From Takakia lepidozioides (lineage: Eukaryota; Plantae; Bryophyta): 64,000 bases of DNA. Each line of letters opens with the position of its first letter. Position 1 is the first letter of the stretch. The translations under genes and the position numbers were made by a program. Under the pieces are notes generated by a model. The model made no database searches. It saw nothing but the letters and a program-made list of their open reading frames with translations, and was not told where the DNA came from. Of the stretch, positions 50,790-64,000 are shown piece after piece. Where the stretch lies: contig CM060734.1 of the NCBI GenBank assembly GCA_030704615.1, forward strand, positions 50,530,001 to 50,594,000, written 5' to 3'.

Positions 50790-52827
50790 TCACTGATGTG
50801 GGTAGACAGGAGGCTCTGCATACCCAAAGCATGAAAGATTTACTATTTTACATAAAACTGCCCCATCTATCTTATGCAACTACACATCTGTCCCTAACTG
50901 CAACTGCTTCCACTCTTGTTCCGATGGTTGGTTTCAGATATCCTTCACAAATGGCAGGGGCGCCAAAGAAGTCTGATGTAGTACTCTCCAGGAAATAAAT
51001 GAAGAGATCATACAGACAACAGTTTTCTACGGGGAGTCCGAATCACCTGTGGCAATTATCAACAATAAGTCTTTGTTGTCCCGGTAAGCCTGAATAAGTG
51101 CCGCTGCTTTATAAGCAAAGAAACCCAACATAAGGGGTGTCACCTGCTCACATCAACAACATTCATCCCTGGTAAGAAAGGACTTCCTAAACTTCGACTT
51201 CACCTCTTACTAGTTTAAGAAGATGAGCAGAAGTTAGCCTAAAAGATAGGTCACTGTGTTCCAGAAACAGTCTCCTGATGAACCTATCATTTGACCTAGG
51301 GAGTACATTTAAGATCAATAGAAACGATTTGATAACATACCTCCAAGTGAAAAGAGTCGCTAGAAGTTCCTGTAAAATGAGTAGAGATAGCCCAGAGGAA
51401 GTAGAGTGCAGCAGGGATGACTAAGCGTGGAGATGATAATGAAATTCCACACCCACGAATAGCCTTCTCCAAGGACTCTTGCACATCACTACTGCGTATG
51501 CCGATTCTATACCAAACATCCAAATCCGTCAGCTCTGATCACTGTGGCTGATAGGACATGCTGCACAGGTTGCACCCTAGAAACACGAAACCATCGCCTT
51601 TAACTCAAAAATCCGTATAATACTATAATCCACAATGATCTTGGACAGAGGTTTAGTCAGCTTACGTCTTCTTTCTCCTTTTCTGGAAGATTTCGGCAAT
51701 ATTCTTTTCCGACACCGAGTCAGCATGACGATAGAGCAATTGCAAGTACATGTAGCTGCATTTTCATCATTAGCATATGTGAGTACTCCACTAGATGCTC
51801 TGCTGCTAACAAAGTTTCTCAAAGACAATGAGTCCAATGACATACCAAAATATGTGAGATACAAATTAACATAAATATAAAATTCACCATGATGATAATC
51901 GTACCAAAGCAAAAAACGCTATCATGAAGCTCACCTTCCAACCGCTCCAATGGTGTAGCTGATGGCAGTCTGCACGAACGGAGCAAACACAACAGGTTCA
52001 GAATTTCCACATGCAATCAACAAAATGCTCGTACCATCAATATTTCACTCAATAGGTACCGCTCCCAATAATCAACTGAAGAAAATCAAAACCTAGAGAC
52101 TACACCCTACAGTGCGTTGAGGCAGGAAATGAAGTGTTGGATTGACAACCTGTGGGGACAAAGTGAGAAAGATGTATGCATCAACAGCCGCTGCTACTCC
52201 AATTGTTGTAGATGAAAGATCCTTCTTCAGCTGCACACAATCAGAAGCCATGCGTAATCAACAAACACACAATTCATTTGTGTGCTCGAACCCAAAACTC
52301 AAATAAAATCCCTTGATGACCTAATCTTCAAAATCTCCAAAGATTTCCAAACACAGTCACAAACGCATTGCTAGTTCAGGCTGCTTACAGCTTCATACTC
52401 CTCGAAACCCTTCCTCCGCCGATTCGCCCTCGCTTGTTCTTTGTCCTGAGCACATTTTCCACATCAATACACATCAGAACCACTTTCACTCAAACCCTAT
52501 CCCCAAAACCCCACAAACAAAAAGACGCTCCCTCACATAACCGCCATAGCCAAAAATAAATCAAAAACCAACACAATGCACCTCTGCGCTTGAGCTCGTC
52601 GTCGGCTTCTCGTCCTCCACAACGGACTCAGACAAAGACCCGCCAACGGCAGCCACTAGTAGCGACCTCCTCGCACTGCCATGGCAGCTACTTGCCCCTC
52701 TCGCAATGCAGCTGGATTGCAGCGTAAGCTGGTGGAGGGATGCACCCAGAAACAAAGAAGCCACCTTTGAGTTCGCATGGAACCCAGTGCCGAGCACAGC
52801 GAGAGTGGACGTCAGAGACGACGCCAT
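50790..52827 (-). CDS. Plastid-targeted membrane protein, CGL160/ATP synthase protein I-like family, about 8 exons
   Basis: Transit peptide; EEYEA-LKKDL; YMYLQLLYRHADSV; IGIRSSDV..SSPRLVIPAALY; LGFFAYKAAALIQAYRDN; canonical splice sites. Confidence 0.7.
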
Positions 52828-53678
52828 AGCTCGAAATTCTCTGTAAATTCGACGAATTCAGTTCCACCCACACACAGACACAAACAAAATCAATACTCAA
52901 ATCAACCCAAAAGACTAAAACCCCAGAGGAAGAAGACGATGGAGAACACTCTACTGCCTTCAGGATTTGTTTGCATGCTTCAATCTGTTCGCCCCATTTG
53001 CAATCCCATGGTCTCTCGCACTCTTGCAATTTGTGCTGCACCATGTTTCAATTCGGTCACTTGATAGTGGCGGTTTTAGACTGAACAGTCATTTGAGTCA
53101 CTCTATACTTAACGAGATTCCCTTTTTCCCTCTCGACTAACAGCTCACTTGACAGCGGATTTTCTGGCGAAGCAGACATTCCAGTCCTGGAGTGGTGGAC
53201 TGGCCATGTTTATGCGTGAGACATCACAGATACTGTCTGCATAAAACGGACTTTAACATCTTTAGAGAGGCTAAAGATGTTAAACGAGTGTTCAATAGCA
53301 GTTCGATCGATTACACCAAGTAGTAGAGCTGCTAAATGGGTGCAAGTTCAAGGAGGAGACAATGCGACAGGGCGAAGGGACTAAAGAGAACAAGGATGGA
53401 AGAATGCAGACCTGAGGCAGCTAGGGCAGCATAGAAGCGGAGACCTTGGTGGTGACGCAGGCAATTTCTTTCACCAGGAACAGTACATCAATGAGTGGGA
53501 TTACGCGTCCAGAGTAATATCCAGCTGTTTACACTGAGAGGAGATCTTCACAGTAGGAACTACCGTCTTCTGAAAGGAGGTGCAAGGGATTGAGCGAGAA
53601 GAAGGGCTGAAGCAGTTCCGGAGGAATGACTGAGGAAATGCAATTGCAAGGTTGAGGACATCAGAAGTTTGGGGGTGC

Positions 53679-53903
53679 TCAACTGGTGGCACAAAATAAC
53701 GTTGAGAAACAGATGTTGGAATGCAGCATGAAGAGCAATCGATTCGAGTCCATGGGCAGGCTACAGACCTTCGTCTGCACTGAAGATTAAAGAACTCTTG
53801 GCTCGACGAAAAAATTTCATCCATTTCCCTTTGGAAGGCTGAAGAGTTCAGAGTTCAGAGCCTCGATTGTTTTGTGTAGTCCTTGTCATTTATGCATACA
53901 TGC
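53679..53903 (+). repeat. About 220-bp direct repeat of 59535-59752
   Basis: tcaactggtggcacaaaataac...tcatttatgcatacatg present at both sites. Confidence 0.9.
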
Positions 53904-53909
53904 ATATAC

Positions 53910-56900
53910 CCAAAAGTTACCTAGGAATCGTTTCAGGGAGCCCTCCAGAGAAGCTCGAGCTCGCTAATAATATGTTCCAATCATGTGGCCATCGATCTGA
54001 GCTCTGAGTGTTAAGCATCGCAAAGTGTTACGCATCGGATGCTAGGCAGAGGCACGGTGGGCCGACATGATGTGTACCTTTGATGGGGGCACCTCCTTCG
54101 CAGGCTGCACGTCAGCGTTTTTTTTGTCCGTGGATAATTTTTGCCAAAAGGCTCCCCTTTTCGATGGGCGAAGTACCGTCCTACCTCACCTTCTTTTCAG
54201 TTTTTCGGAGGGTGAACAAGAGGTTGTCGCCACGGTATGACTGCCACCGTGGACCTGTTAAAACATGCCACCTGCCATACAAGCACCCCCCGAAAAAAGG
54301 AGCTGGCACCTCTAGAAAGGTCCCGGGTAGAATAGACAGGTGGTAGACTGCTTCCATCTCCTTGGAAGGTTTCTAGGTAGAGCGATTGTGGAGAGTTGGG
54401 CTCTGAGAGTTGAGAGACAGCCGACGCCGAGGAGGGGAAGCGATCTGTCATGGAAGCAGAAGAGAAGCACGTGCAGGGTTGACAGTCCAGAGAAGAGTAG
54501 CTCCAGTCTGAACAGATTGGCGCCTACAGGTGCTCCTTGGTGTCATGACGGAGGACTTAGTGGACAGAAGTGAATGTTGGCATTCCTCAGGCAATCTCTT
54601 ATGTACACAAGTTCTTGCAGCACCTCGTGATCTCTCTTATCCTCCTGTCGCTACAGGTAAATTATCCTGACTCTGATCTTCTCTGCATTACTCAAATTGA
54701 AACCCTGTATATTCATGTTAAAGGATGTGAAGTCTTACCAGATATTTGCACTCAGGGACATCACTAATTTTTCAAATTTTGGTTTGCAGGACTTTGGCTC
54801 ACCTCAAGTCCTTGGAATACTTGTAAAGGTGGACATCAGATACCAGGAGGGCTGAGACACTGCTGCACCATGTCGATAGCATGCGTACTGCATGACATGC
54901 GATTGAAGAATAACTCAAATATTTACATACGTGTATAGTGAAATTGTCTAAAAGTAACATGACTCCCACATAGAGTACAGAGGGAGGGAGGTCACACGAC
55001 GGAGCTAGTCCACCTGTGCAGAACCTCTTCAAATTATTAATGACGTATTTAAGGCCTTATTGGCTGTAGCTACTTAGGGTAGCTGCATGACTCCCACATA
55101 GCCAGAGGGTAGAGAGGACATACGAACTGAGCAGCTACACAGTACACCTGTGCATCCCTACTATTCATGCATCCTCTCTAAGTTATTGTCTGTGGCCTAG
55201 CCTTACTGTAGGTACATATCTTACTGCACGAAGTGATCAGATCCCATGTCTTAGAACGAAAAACTTCTCCAACCATATTAACCTGACCTGCCGCATGAGG
55301 CCTAGGCTTACTCTATCCCACTGGCGGCTCACTCATTGGCGCAGGTGGAAGGTCGCCAAGCACAGCGGGGAGCATCGACGGTTCTTCCCTGGAAGCAGTC
55401 GCAGACAACTGATCTACATCTCGTCCGTCCTCCGTGAAGAAGTTCTCGTTCGTGAAGCTGAACTTGCATATATAACAGATTGCTAGATGACAAGTTGGTG
55501 GTAGCTTCAAGTTAACATGGACAGTGGCATAGAGTAGCCTCTGCCCCATGCGGCCGGTTAGGTTAATGCGGCATGGACAAGTTTGCCGTTCTAAGACCTG
55601 GGCCCTGATCACTTCCTGCAGTATGCACTATGTACATACAATAATGCTACGCCATCGACAATAACTTGAAGAGGATGCATGCACAGTAGTAATGCACAGG
55701 TGTAATGTGTAGCTGCTGAGTTGGTATGTCCTCTCTCCCTCTGTCTATGCAGGGAGTCATGTAACTACCCTTGGGCAGTACGCACATTAAAATAATAATA
55801 TTTGTTTGCAAATGGAAGAGGTCCATAGTCCATAGTGCTTTCCAGCATCCTTGTCTAACCTCCCCTACTGAGTCCAAGTTTTTCACCTCTGTATATTACC
55901 TCACATGTCAGTACTAGTGATCCTTCTTCATCTTCACTACAGATTTGTACTTCCACAAAACATTCTTGTTGAGATACTCTTGCAGAACTGGCGCTTCCTC
56001 GCCAGTACTTGGTTTTCCAGTGGTGTTGCATGCAGCAATTAGAATACACGAAGGATAGCAGCTTGCAGTCAGATTTCACATGCATCTCATTCTGGGAGGA
56101 CTCTCCGTCTGCACGTCATGCCTGGGCTTATAATGTTTATAGAATATTGTGATTGTCCACGGGTAGCAGGATTTCTACCTAGAGAGAGAGAGAAAGAGTA
56201 CCTCATATACGATTAACCTACACCCAGGTGCATCGCTTCTGCGCATGAATCCTCTAATTCAAACTATTGATGGCATGTAAAGGCTTATCGCATGTAGCTA
56301 ACGGCAAAGAGTCAAGCCCCAGGACTCACTTCTCCATTCCTGACCTGGGACCTGCGGCCATTTGAGACCCTTTACTTAAATCTGTGCCACTAGACCGTCG
56401 CTCCTTGGCGCAGATGCCTGGTGGACACGCACACCTTTCCCCGCATTTTGAGGCTGGGAAGTATCTTTTCTCCTTCGTATAAGTATCTCCTCCCTCCTTG
56501 GTGCAGCTGGCCAATGAGCGGCTAGGACCGCAATTCCCTGTCGCAATGAAAATGCTGAGCTTGCTGCAACAAGATCGAGCAACAGTGATCGACTTTGTCA
56601 ACAGGCTATATGTATGGAGATATGGAACATCACAGTTCGTTGGAGTTGACATAAGACTAGCCGAAGCTTTTCCATTTTCCCATCGATATAAGTATTTGGA
56701 TTCACTGTGGAGAGACGACCCTATATCGAGGATTACGGATGGAATACTCTGGTGTGCTGAAGTGGATGCCTAGCAGTTGTTCGATGAGGTTTGTATAGCA
56801 AGCAGAGCTCGCAGATTATATTTAATCAGGAGATAATAAGATGATCATGAGCTTGAATGCAGCTGCATGTCACATGCATAGCAAGATGAGGAATCACATG

Positions 56901-59464
56901 CATAATAGTAAAGCTAGAATTCGAAAGCCATGTAAGCATAATAACCCGAAGCAATTATTAATTTGGTAGTACCTGATCATAGATCCACTTGTGATGTCTA
57001 TGGAGTGCGGATTCGGCCTATTGCACCTGCTCAAAGATGTGTTAGTGGTGCCCAACATGTAATTCGTGCTGATTACCCTAAGCTGAGCTAAGGTTGATCT
57101 CGAAGCCTTTTCCCCCGGGAACAATAGGTCATACTCCTCTATCCCTCGCTCACCAATCGTAGGATGAAACACTTACATGCACGTTGTACCGCACCCGCAG
57201 TGGCAGCAGCAGGATCCATGATCACATGACATTGCGCTTCTTAAGAGGTTTGAGTGTCAGGAGAAAAAGTCTCGAAAAGCAAGAACGTAGCTAGCACCAG
57301 ACATTCAGCATTAGAGCAGTGAGAGATGAGTCTCAGATGAGTTAGCTTGCTCGCTTTTATAGTAGCTAGCCTCCGCGCATCGCGCACACCACGATCTTCG
57401 AAGCTTCCTCGTTTTTGCTTGCAGCTTCTACTGGAAGGTGAGAAGGCTGGTAAGATATTCTAGACTCATTTCCCTCAGTACAGCATTTGCTAAGCTTTCC
57501 TTCTAATCCAAAGCACTCGGATCAGCAGCCAATGCAGAATATCATTACTGCATCATACAACTCTTACGGATTCGAGCACAAGTTCCCCTCAGACCCTAAA
57601 ACCAGTCGCTTCAACTGCACCAATTTGCAAAATATTAAAAATAGTTGCAGTAAAGCGACGGAGATATGAGCGAGGCTCTAGTCGGTGCATACTGATCCGT
57701 AGCTGTGCATACTATGAATAGATTGACAACAAATGTGTGTTGTGTTTGTTGTTGCTGTCAAGGTCACACTCAGATTTAGAATCGCAGTGTCTCTTGTGAT
57801 CTCTGCAACCGCCCATCACATAACTAGACTGTGCGGTGGGCCATGGACCCACGCGAGTGATTGGGAGTCTCACTGATGTAGTTTTCAGCGAAAAACTATG
57901 ACTGTCAAACTTGCCTCCATCAAATGTTGCATCAAATTGCTGCGAGGTGGCCCCTCCTGTTAGAGTCGTTCAAGGAGCTTTCTTTTGCTTCTTCATCAGC
58001 TCACTTCGGTGCACGTTCCGTCAAGGAATGGGTGTACCGCCACCTCAGCAGCCCTACTTGGCTGCTGAGGACTTGTTCCGCTTGTTTTGTGTCTACTCCC
58101 ACTCACATGTCTGTGGCCTGGTGGTAAAGCCGCTCTTGTATGGACCTATGGGATTGGGGCTGGGGCTCTGCTCCTGTGATAATGCCTCAATGGCTCAGAA
58201 AGGGGGTGTAGTTTCCAATGTTGGGCGGTTATTTAAATTTCTCTCTAATACCCTTAGCTATCCGGTTATATATACATGTGACCCGCTGAGGTGAAAAAAT
58301 GAAATAACCAGTCCAGTTAGGAACCTGCAGAGGTCAGGCATTCAAATATCGGAGCAAAGAACCTTTTAAAGAACTGCCCAATACCCGCAGTTACCGCAGG
58401 TTATATCTAGCCATAAAAAATTTAGTAACCGCAACTACAAGTTAATTTTGAAGCAACCGGAACGGCCGGTTATGAAAAAAATCAAATAACAGCCCCACAC
58501 TGTGGGGCTGGTGTTTTTTTTTTTTTTTTCCAAAACAGGTGGCGGAGACCCTGGTGTTTCTTGGAAAACCAAAAACGAAAAGAGCAAAGAAAGCAAAAGT
58601 GTAAGTTAGCCCCAAAAAACCCCAAACAAAAAGATTGTAAACATCAATAAATATTGGTGTTAAATATTCTAACCTAATTTGGTGAACATCCTAATATGAA
58701 AATGTGAAAGTTCATACCAGGGCCTCTGTCCCCTGTTAAAAAGCAAAGAACAAAAAAAGTGAGAGGATCAACTTCACTGCGTTTTTTTTCATTTTTCAAA
58801 AGTAGCACAAGCTGCCACCTGTCTATTCTACCCAGCACCCCAGGAAAAAAGGAGCTGGCACCTCTAGAAAGGTCGCTATATGACAGGTGGCATGTTTTAA
58901 CAGGTCCACGGTGGCCGACAACCTCTTGTTCACCCTCTGTTTTGGCGAAAAACTGAAAGAAAAGGCCTTCATTTTCGTTCAGTTAGTGAATACTCAGCCC
59001 AACGAAAAGGGGAGCCTTTTGGCAAAAATTCACGAAACAAACGGTGACTTGCAGTCCAAAGTACAAATTTTTCCAGACTTTCTTGAAAGACTAATGTGTG
59101 GGTGCCATCATGCCCACTGTCATTGCCCCACAAACTCCAAATATGTTTAGAATTCCCCAAATTGCCTGGAAGATTTTAGACCCCAAGGCCAACGGCTAGG
59201 GACGGGCAGTATATTCTGGGCCACGTTGCACCCCCTCACCACATCACCCCCTCCCTTTCAGCCTGGCCCTGGCCTTCCCCATCAAAGGTCCATCATGTAG
59301 GGCCGGGTGGGCCTCCCCACCGTGCCTCTGCTCAGGATGCGTAACACTTAAGCGATGCTTAACACTCAGAGCTCAGATCGATGGCCACATGATTGGAACA
59401 TATTATTAGCGAGCTCGAGCTTCTCTGGAGGGGCTCCCTGAAACGATTCCTAGGTAACTTTTGG
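53910..59464. mobile_element. 5.5-kb element with long TIRs and ATAC(C) TSD, no recognisable transposase
   Basis: CCAAAAGTTACCTAGG... nearly perfect inverted match for about 110 bp and patchy to about 430 bp; ATAC at 53906-53909 and 59465-59468. Confidence 0.85.
58215..58502. mobile_element. Nested MITE-like inverted-repeat element
   Basis: caatgttgggcggttattt ... aaataacagccccacactg; internal cggtta/taaccg motifs; no TSD found. Confidence 0.4.
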
Positions 59465-60123
59465 ATACCAAGACAAGAGGTGCGGGGCAAGATGATAATT
59501 CAGTTTACTTTCAGAATTTAGCAGTTTGTGTTCGTCAACTGGTGGCACAAAATAACAGTGGATGAACAGTATGCAGCATGAAGAGCAATCGATTCGAGTC
59601 CATGGGCAGGCTACAGACCTTCATCTGCACTGAAGATTAAAGAACTCTTGGCTAGAAGAAAAAATTTCATCCATTTCCCTTTGGAAGGCTGAAGAGTTCA
59701 GAGTTCAAAGCCTCCATTGTTTTGCGTAGTCCTGGTCATTTATGCATACATGTATGGACGTATTGTACATAATATAACATGAGGCTGGATCTAACATTCG
59801 GCCACATTCGGCCTTTCATCGCATACCTGTACTCGCCTTACCTGCACTCTGTGAAAAAGATGTATGTACACGTACATATGATGTGATCCAGTTTCTCCTT
59901 AGATTTTTGAGTAGTTCAACTGGTCAATTTGGCAGCAATTAGGCCTTGTGGGTGACAACACATTGCAGCAGCTGCAGCAGCTGCATACATATTAGGCCCT
60001 GCTGCGCCTGCCTGGAGCCCAGGTTGAAGTGCTGCGTGTGCGGAGGTCGTGGTATCTTCACACACAACTTTGTGTTGGTTAAACTTTAACAAATAATCTT
60101 CTGTGCAAGTTCAGGAACGAAGA

Positions 60124-61072
60124 ATGTCTGAAGTGATGGATTTGGACCCCTTGCTTTGGACCTCACTGAGGGAAATCTCAGCTGACCTGTTTGAAATGAT
60201 GATAGTTACCCACCTTCCCATTCCAAAATTGTTTCAGATGCAGATACTGCATAGGCCGTGGTTGAACTTCCTCGTTTCGCAAAAGTCATTTCATTACTAC
60301 ATGATCGTCCTAGCCATCTGGAATCATCATACGGACACCTACATTACTTTCTCTGAAGCGTCAATGACATGAACAGTGACTGTTTCGTTGCTCTTGAGCA
60401 CAACACAGGAAAATGGCAGCATATGCCTCCATTATCGTTTCTCCCAGATTCTCAATCTAAGATCATTGTCGCAGGGGCTGGGGGCCTGCTATAAGTTCTA
60501 TAGTTGGAGTGTCCGAGGAATAGTTTTTAACAGGTCCTCTGGAATTAATAGTGTGTAACCCACTGACCAGACGGTACAGAGAGTTGCCCAGATTGAATGG
60601 ACTCCCCAACCACTGTGATCTCTTCATTGCGCATTTCCTCTTCGATGTATCCACCGAGGCATGCAAGATCAGTACTGTGGGTCTCAACGGGATCACTCGA
60701 ATCCCGGACTCTGACTACCAAGTCACTTGCAACAGCATTATCAACATTGGTAGCTTTCCAGGCGCATCTGGTGTTGGGAGTATTGAGGGTGGCACAGCCT
60801 CTTGCAATGGAGGAGTATACATGTTAATTGACAATTCCCAATGTACCCTCGACAATTTGGTCGGTTGGAGTTTCGATGTGCAAACAGGGGCTTGGACGAG
60901 GGATGCCTGCATCTCCAGACCGTTTACAAGTCAAATCGCAACATTCAGAACACCAATACTTATTGAATGTTTGGATGAACTATACGCTGTGGTCCCTGTC
61001 ACTGTAGTTGAACCTACACTCCCTCAAGTTCAATCACGACGAAGTCTGCGACTAGACACATTCTCACCTTGA
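60124..61072 (+). pseudogene. F-box (kelch/FBA-type) pseudogene
   Basis: LDPLLWTSL...HLPIPKLFQM..W F-box-like start and VCNPLTRRYRELP motif, broken by frameshifts. Confidence 0.65.
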
Positions 61073-63334
61073 AAAGCTAGGATTAGAGAGATGCTGTCCA
61101 AGGAAGGACTTTGAGCACTGACTGGTTCTCAGCATACAGGGTTGCTAGGCATGTTACTGGTTTCTAACATACACTTTATGTGTGAATATTTCGTCAAAAT
61201 TTGTTGGGCTGTCGGCTTTTGACGATGACGGTTTGAGATTTGCCAATTAGGTCTTTGACATTATCAACCACAATCAGGTAGTTCAGGTGGGCCTCAGACT
61301 CTCACCTCAAATCTTATGAACGAGCCCAAGAGATGCTACTCGAGGTTGAAACATCCATGGGCACCCAAAGGGCTGAGAGTCTCTCCCAAAAACTCAGCAG
61401 TTTTGCGATTCACGAAGCAGATTCAAGCATATTGGACCTGCATCACACTTCTCTATGGCAACCCCAGCCAGCACTTCCCCGCCAACCCCCGCACTCAATT
61501 GGAGCAACAATTCTCTCAATTTGTTGACCCTTCCTTGTCGGTGTCCTTCTAGCAACTGCTAGCTTCAGTCCCTCTCGGCCACACAGACCCCTTTCATCAG
61601 CAGGGCACAATGGCACGGTACCCAACGGGGCTCCTCCAAGCCAACAGCTCTTCCAAATTGTGGATGTCAACTATGTGCAGGCATGGCAGCTCCAGAACTA
61701 CGGCACAGAATGGGAGGAAGACGAGGTCGGCCAATTCTTCATCTCTCAGGCCCGTACCTGGAATACGCTTAGCACTGCTTCCTCATCATGGCAAGTCAAA
61801 CAATCCCCAGAAGCGAACAAACACTCAGCAGTGAAGCTGCACCTCTCACACCAACAAGCTTCACAATGGGGCAAATAGCAATGGCTCAGGAGAACTTGGG
61901 GAGATGTGGACAATATTAATTATACAAAACCAGAAGATCATACCAGTCCCGCAGATACCAGTCTGCACATAAAAAATCATGCTTCTATTGATACCCGACG
62001 AATATGAAAATTCTTCACCAGGGTCTTATGCTTCACTTGTCCTTGCAAGGCATTAGTTGGAAATTCTTCTGACCAAGTCCATCCTTAATGAAACTTACAG
62101 TTCATAAGCTGATCAGCAGAAAATCTGGATGCTGAGCTCCTGGTCAACCCTATGCTCAGCAATGGATTGATCACAAACAGCAGCAGATGCTTCCCACAGT
62201 CTACTCGCAAGTTGTCTACCATATGAAAGCATGGAAGACTTCATAGTGAACCCCCTCGCACCAAAGAAGTATTTGCCTGACACTTCCTGCTCACATTCAA
62301 TATGAAATTAGACCCATTGTCTTCATCCTCTCACATGACTGCATCGCTACTCAAAGCTCTCGGTGCATTACTACTGACCTCCCAGTTTTCTCAGGAAATT
62401 TTACTTCACTTTGATTTGAGTGCTTAAGAGTCATAATGCTTTGAAGCATGGAATATAAAGCAGCTCTCACAAGACTTGTCTTCAGGTCAAGAACGGTGTG
62501 AGGATACCCACCCAAGGAGCCAAAGCGGCATCAACAACTGATGCAGCTCCAACTGCTGGTGACTGCAAGACACCGAGCAGCATGAGAACCACAATGCTCA
62601 GCTTCGCAAGCCAAACAGGTACTTCCCGCAAAATCTCAGTATTCACTGCCCCCAGATCTGCAGCACTGCTGACAAAAATGCAACATTAAGCACTCGATCT
62701 GTAGGGAAGCAGATAAAGTTGAGGAGTGGGTCTGAGGAGAAGACCGTACACGACTGAGATGTGAGAAGAGTCGTCACTTGAGTGCAGCCGACAGTGAAGT
62801 TCATATGAGTAAACACACTGCACAACACCCCACCATCACTCATTCGAAAACCAATACAAGGACAAACACCTTCAGTCCTATTGGTCATGTACACCTTCAT
62901 CCCCCACCCGTGGAAGTAGCAACAGAGTTAAGGCAGCCTCAGTATGGTGCAGCCTCAACCTAAAACACGAGTGAAAGCACTCCAGGAACAGCAGCCAGCT
63001 GACAGGGCCCTGTGGACGTTAGCTCTGACACATAGTTGCAATGTGGCTCAAGCAGGCTGCTAACAGGCTGCTAACTCTTCCAGAGCCGGTTTAGAAACAC
63101 CAACCTGATATTACAATGGTCCTTGTGCCCGAAATATTCTGTCCGTCAGCAGAGAAACAGCCGAATTAAAGACAACCCACGAACCCCCTGGCATCTCCCT
63201 GCGAATCTGAAATGAAGCCCTGAGCACCATGTAGATACAAAAGCAGTGTTCTTCAACCCTGTATGTATGCTTTCTTGAATAGTTCGCTGTATGTCAAGAA
63301 GGGTGGCACACTTTCTTTCATGCATGTTACTTGT

Positions 63335-64000
63335 TCACCAGTACTCCCCGCAAGAACAAAACCCATCTTGGAAGTGGTGAAAGCGGTTGGCATCCCGTAC
63401 AACAATTGCCCGGCCAACAATCTTCGAAATGAACCTGGTGGTTGTGTGGCAGTCACCACAAACGCGAAGGTTCTTGATGATACAGAGAGGTGTCCCAGCA
63501 GGCGTGCTGATGATCCCAAATGCAATGGCTAGCTTCTCACTGTGGTGGCAAAGAAAAAATTCCTTTTGCTCCTCCTCCACATCATGCAATGCAAACCGCG
63601 TGTCAGGCACATACCCAGCCTCCTTCATCCACCCAAATAACCTTTCCAGCTCAGTGTGGATTTGCTCAGTTTGTGGATGCAATTTCGTGTGTACACTGAA
63701 TGTATGTACATGATTGTTGACCTCAATGCAACTGCGGCCTGTCTCTTTTTGTACACCTCTGTCCTTCATCATTCTTCTTACCTTTGCAGTGTCGTCCCAC
63801 CTGCCAGCTGCAGCATAGATGTTTGATAGCAGCACATAAGTTGCAGCGTCCTGTGGATCCAACGTGAGAAGGCATTTTGCTGCACGTTCAGCCACCTCCA
63901 CATTGCCATGAATTCTGCAAGCACCAAGCAAGGCCCCCCACACTGCAGCTGCTGGCTCCATTGGCATTTTGCTGATGAAGTCCTCTGCCTCATCTAATCG
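63335..64000 (-). CDS. PLS-class PPR RNA-editing factor, E1/E2/DYW C-terminus (extends beyond the window)
   Basis: VWGALLGACRIHGN, YVLLSNIYAAAGRW, HHSEKLAIAFG, KNLRVCGDCH, CSCGEYW. Confidence 0.96.
   Translation of the reverse strand, partial: RLDEAEDFISKMPMEPAAAVWGALLGACRIHGNVEVAERAAKCLLTLDPQDAATYVLLSNIYAAAGRWDDTAKVRRMMKDRGVQKETGRSCIEVNNHVHTFSVHTKLHPQTEQIHTELERLFGWMKEAGYVPDTRFALHDVEEEQKEFFLCHHSEKLAIAFGIISTPAGTPLCIIKNLRVCGDCHTTTRFISKIVGRAIVVRDANRFHHFQDGFCSCGEYW

Noticed and set aside
61300-63000. Short ORFs between the F-box and DYW genes
   Set aside because: No recognisable domain or consistent exon chain

Overview
Eukaryotic nuclear DNA from a land plant, most likely seed-free (bryophyte-like: PLS/DYW PPR genes, spliceosomal introns, plastid-targeted proteins). 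1-28 kb is a transposon and pseudogene patchwork. It holds PPR pseudogene fragments; a young Ty3/Gypsy element (6137-11479, minus) carrying a DNMT3-like cytosine methyltransferase domain and a C-terminal PHD finger; a 5'-truncated Dualen/RandI-like LINE (chromodomain, PCIF1/Dam-like fold, RNase H, zinc knuckle, restriction-like endonuclease, structured 3' end); and a second, related LTR relic. 29-53 kb holds intron-containing host genes (PSRP1, ESF2/ABT1, APC11, TruA/PUS3-type pseudouridine synthase, CGL160-like) plus MITEs. 54-64 kb has a 5.5-kb TIR element, an F-box pseudogene and the C-terminus of a DYW PPR gene. The most unusual item is the Gypsy element's terminal architecture, B-internal-A-B-A with a CATG TSD. 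This is what integration of a two-LTR circle opened at an internal GACA-GC-TGTC palindrome would leave. The element also has a covarying self-priming PBS. All calls are by eye; no searches were run.
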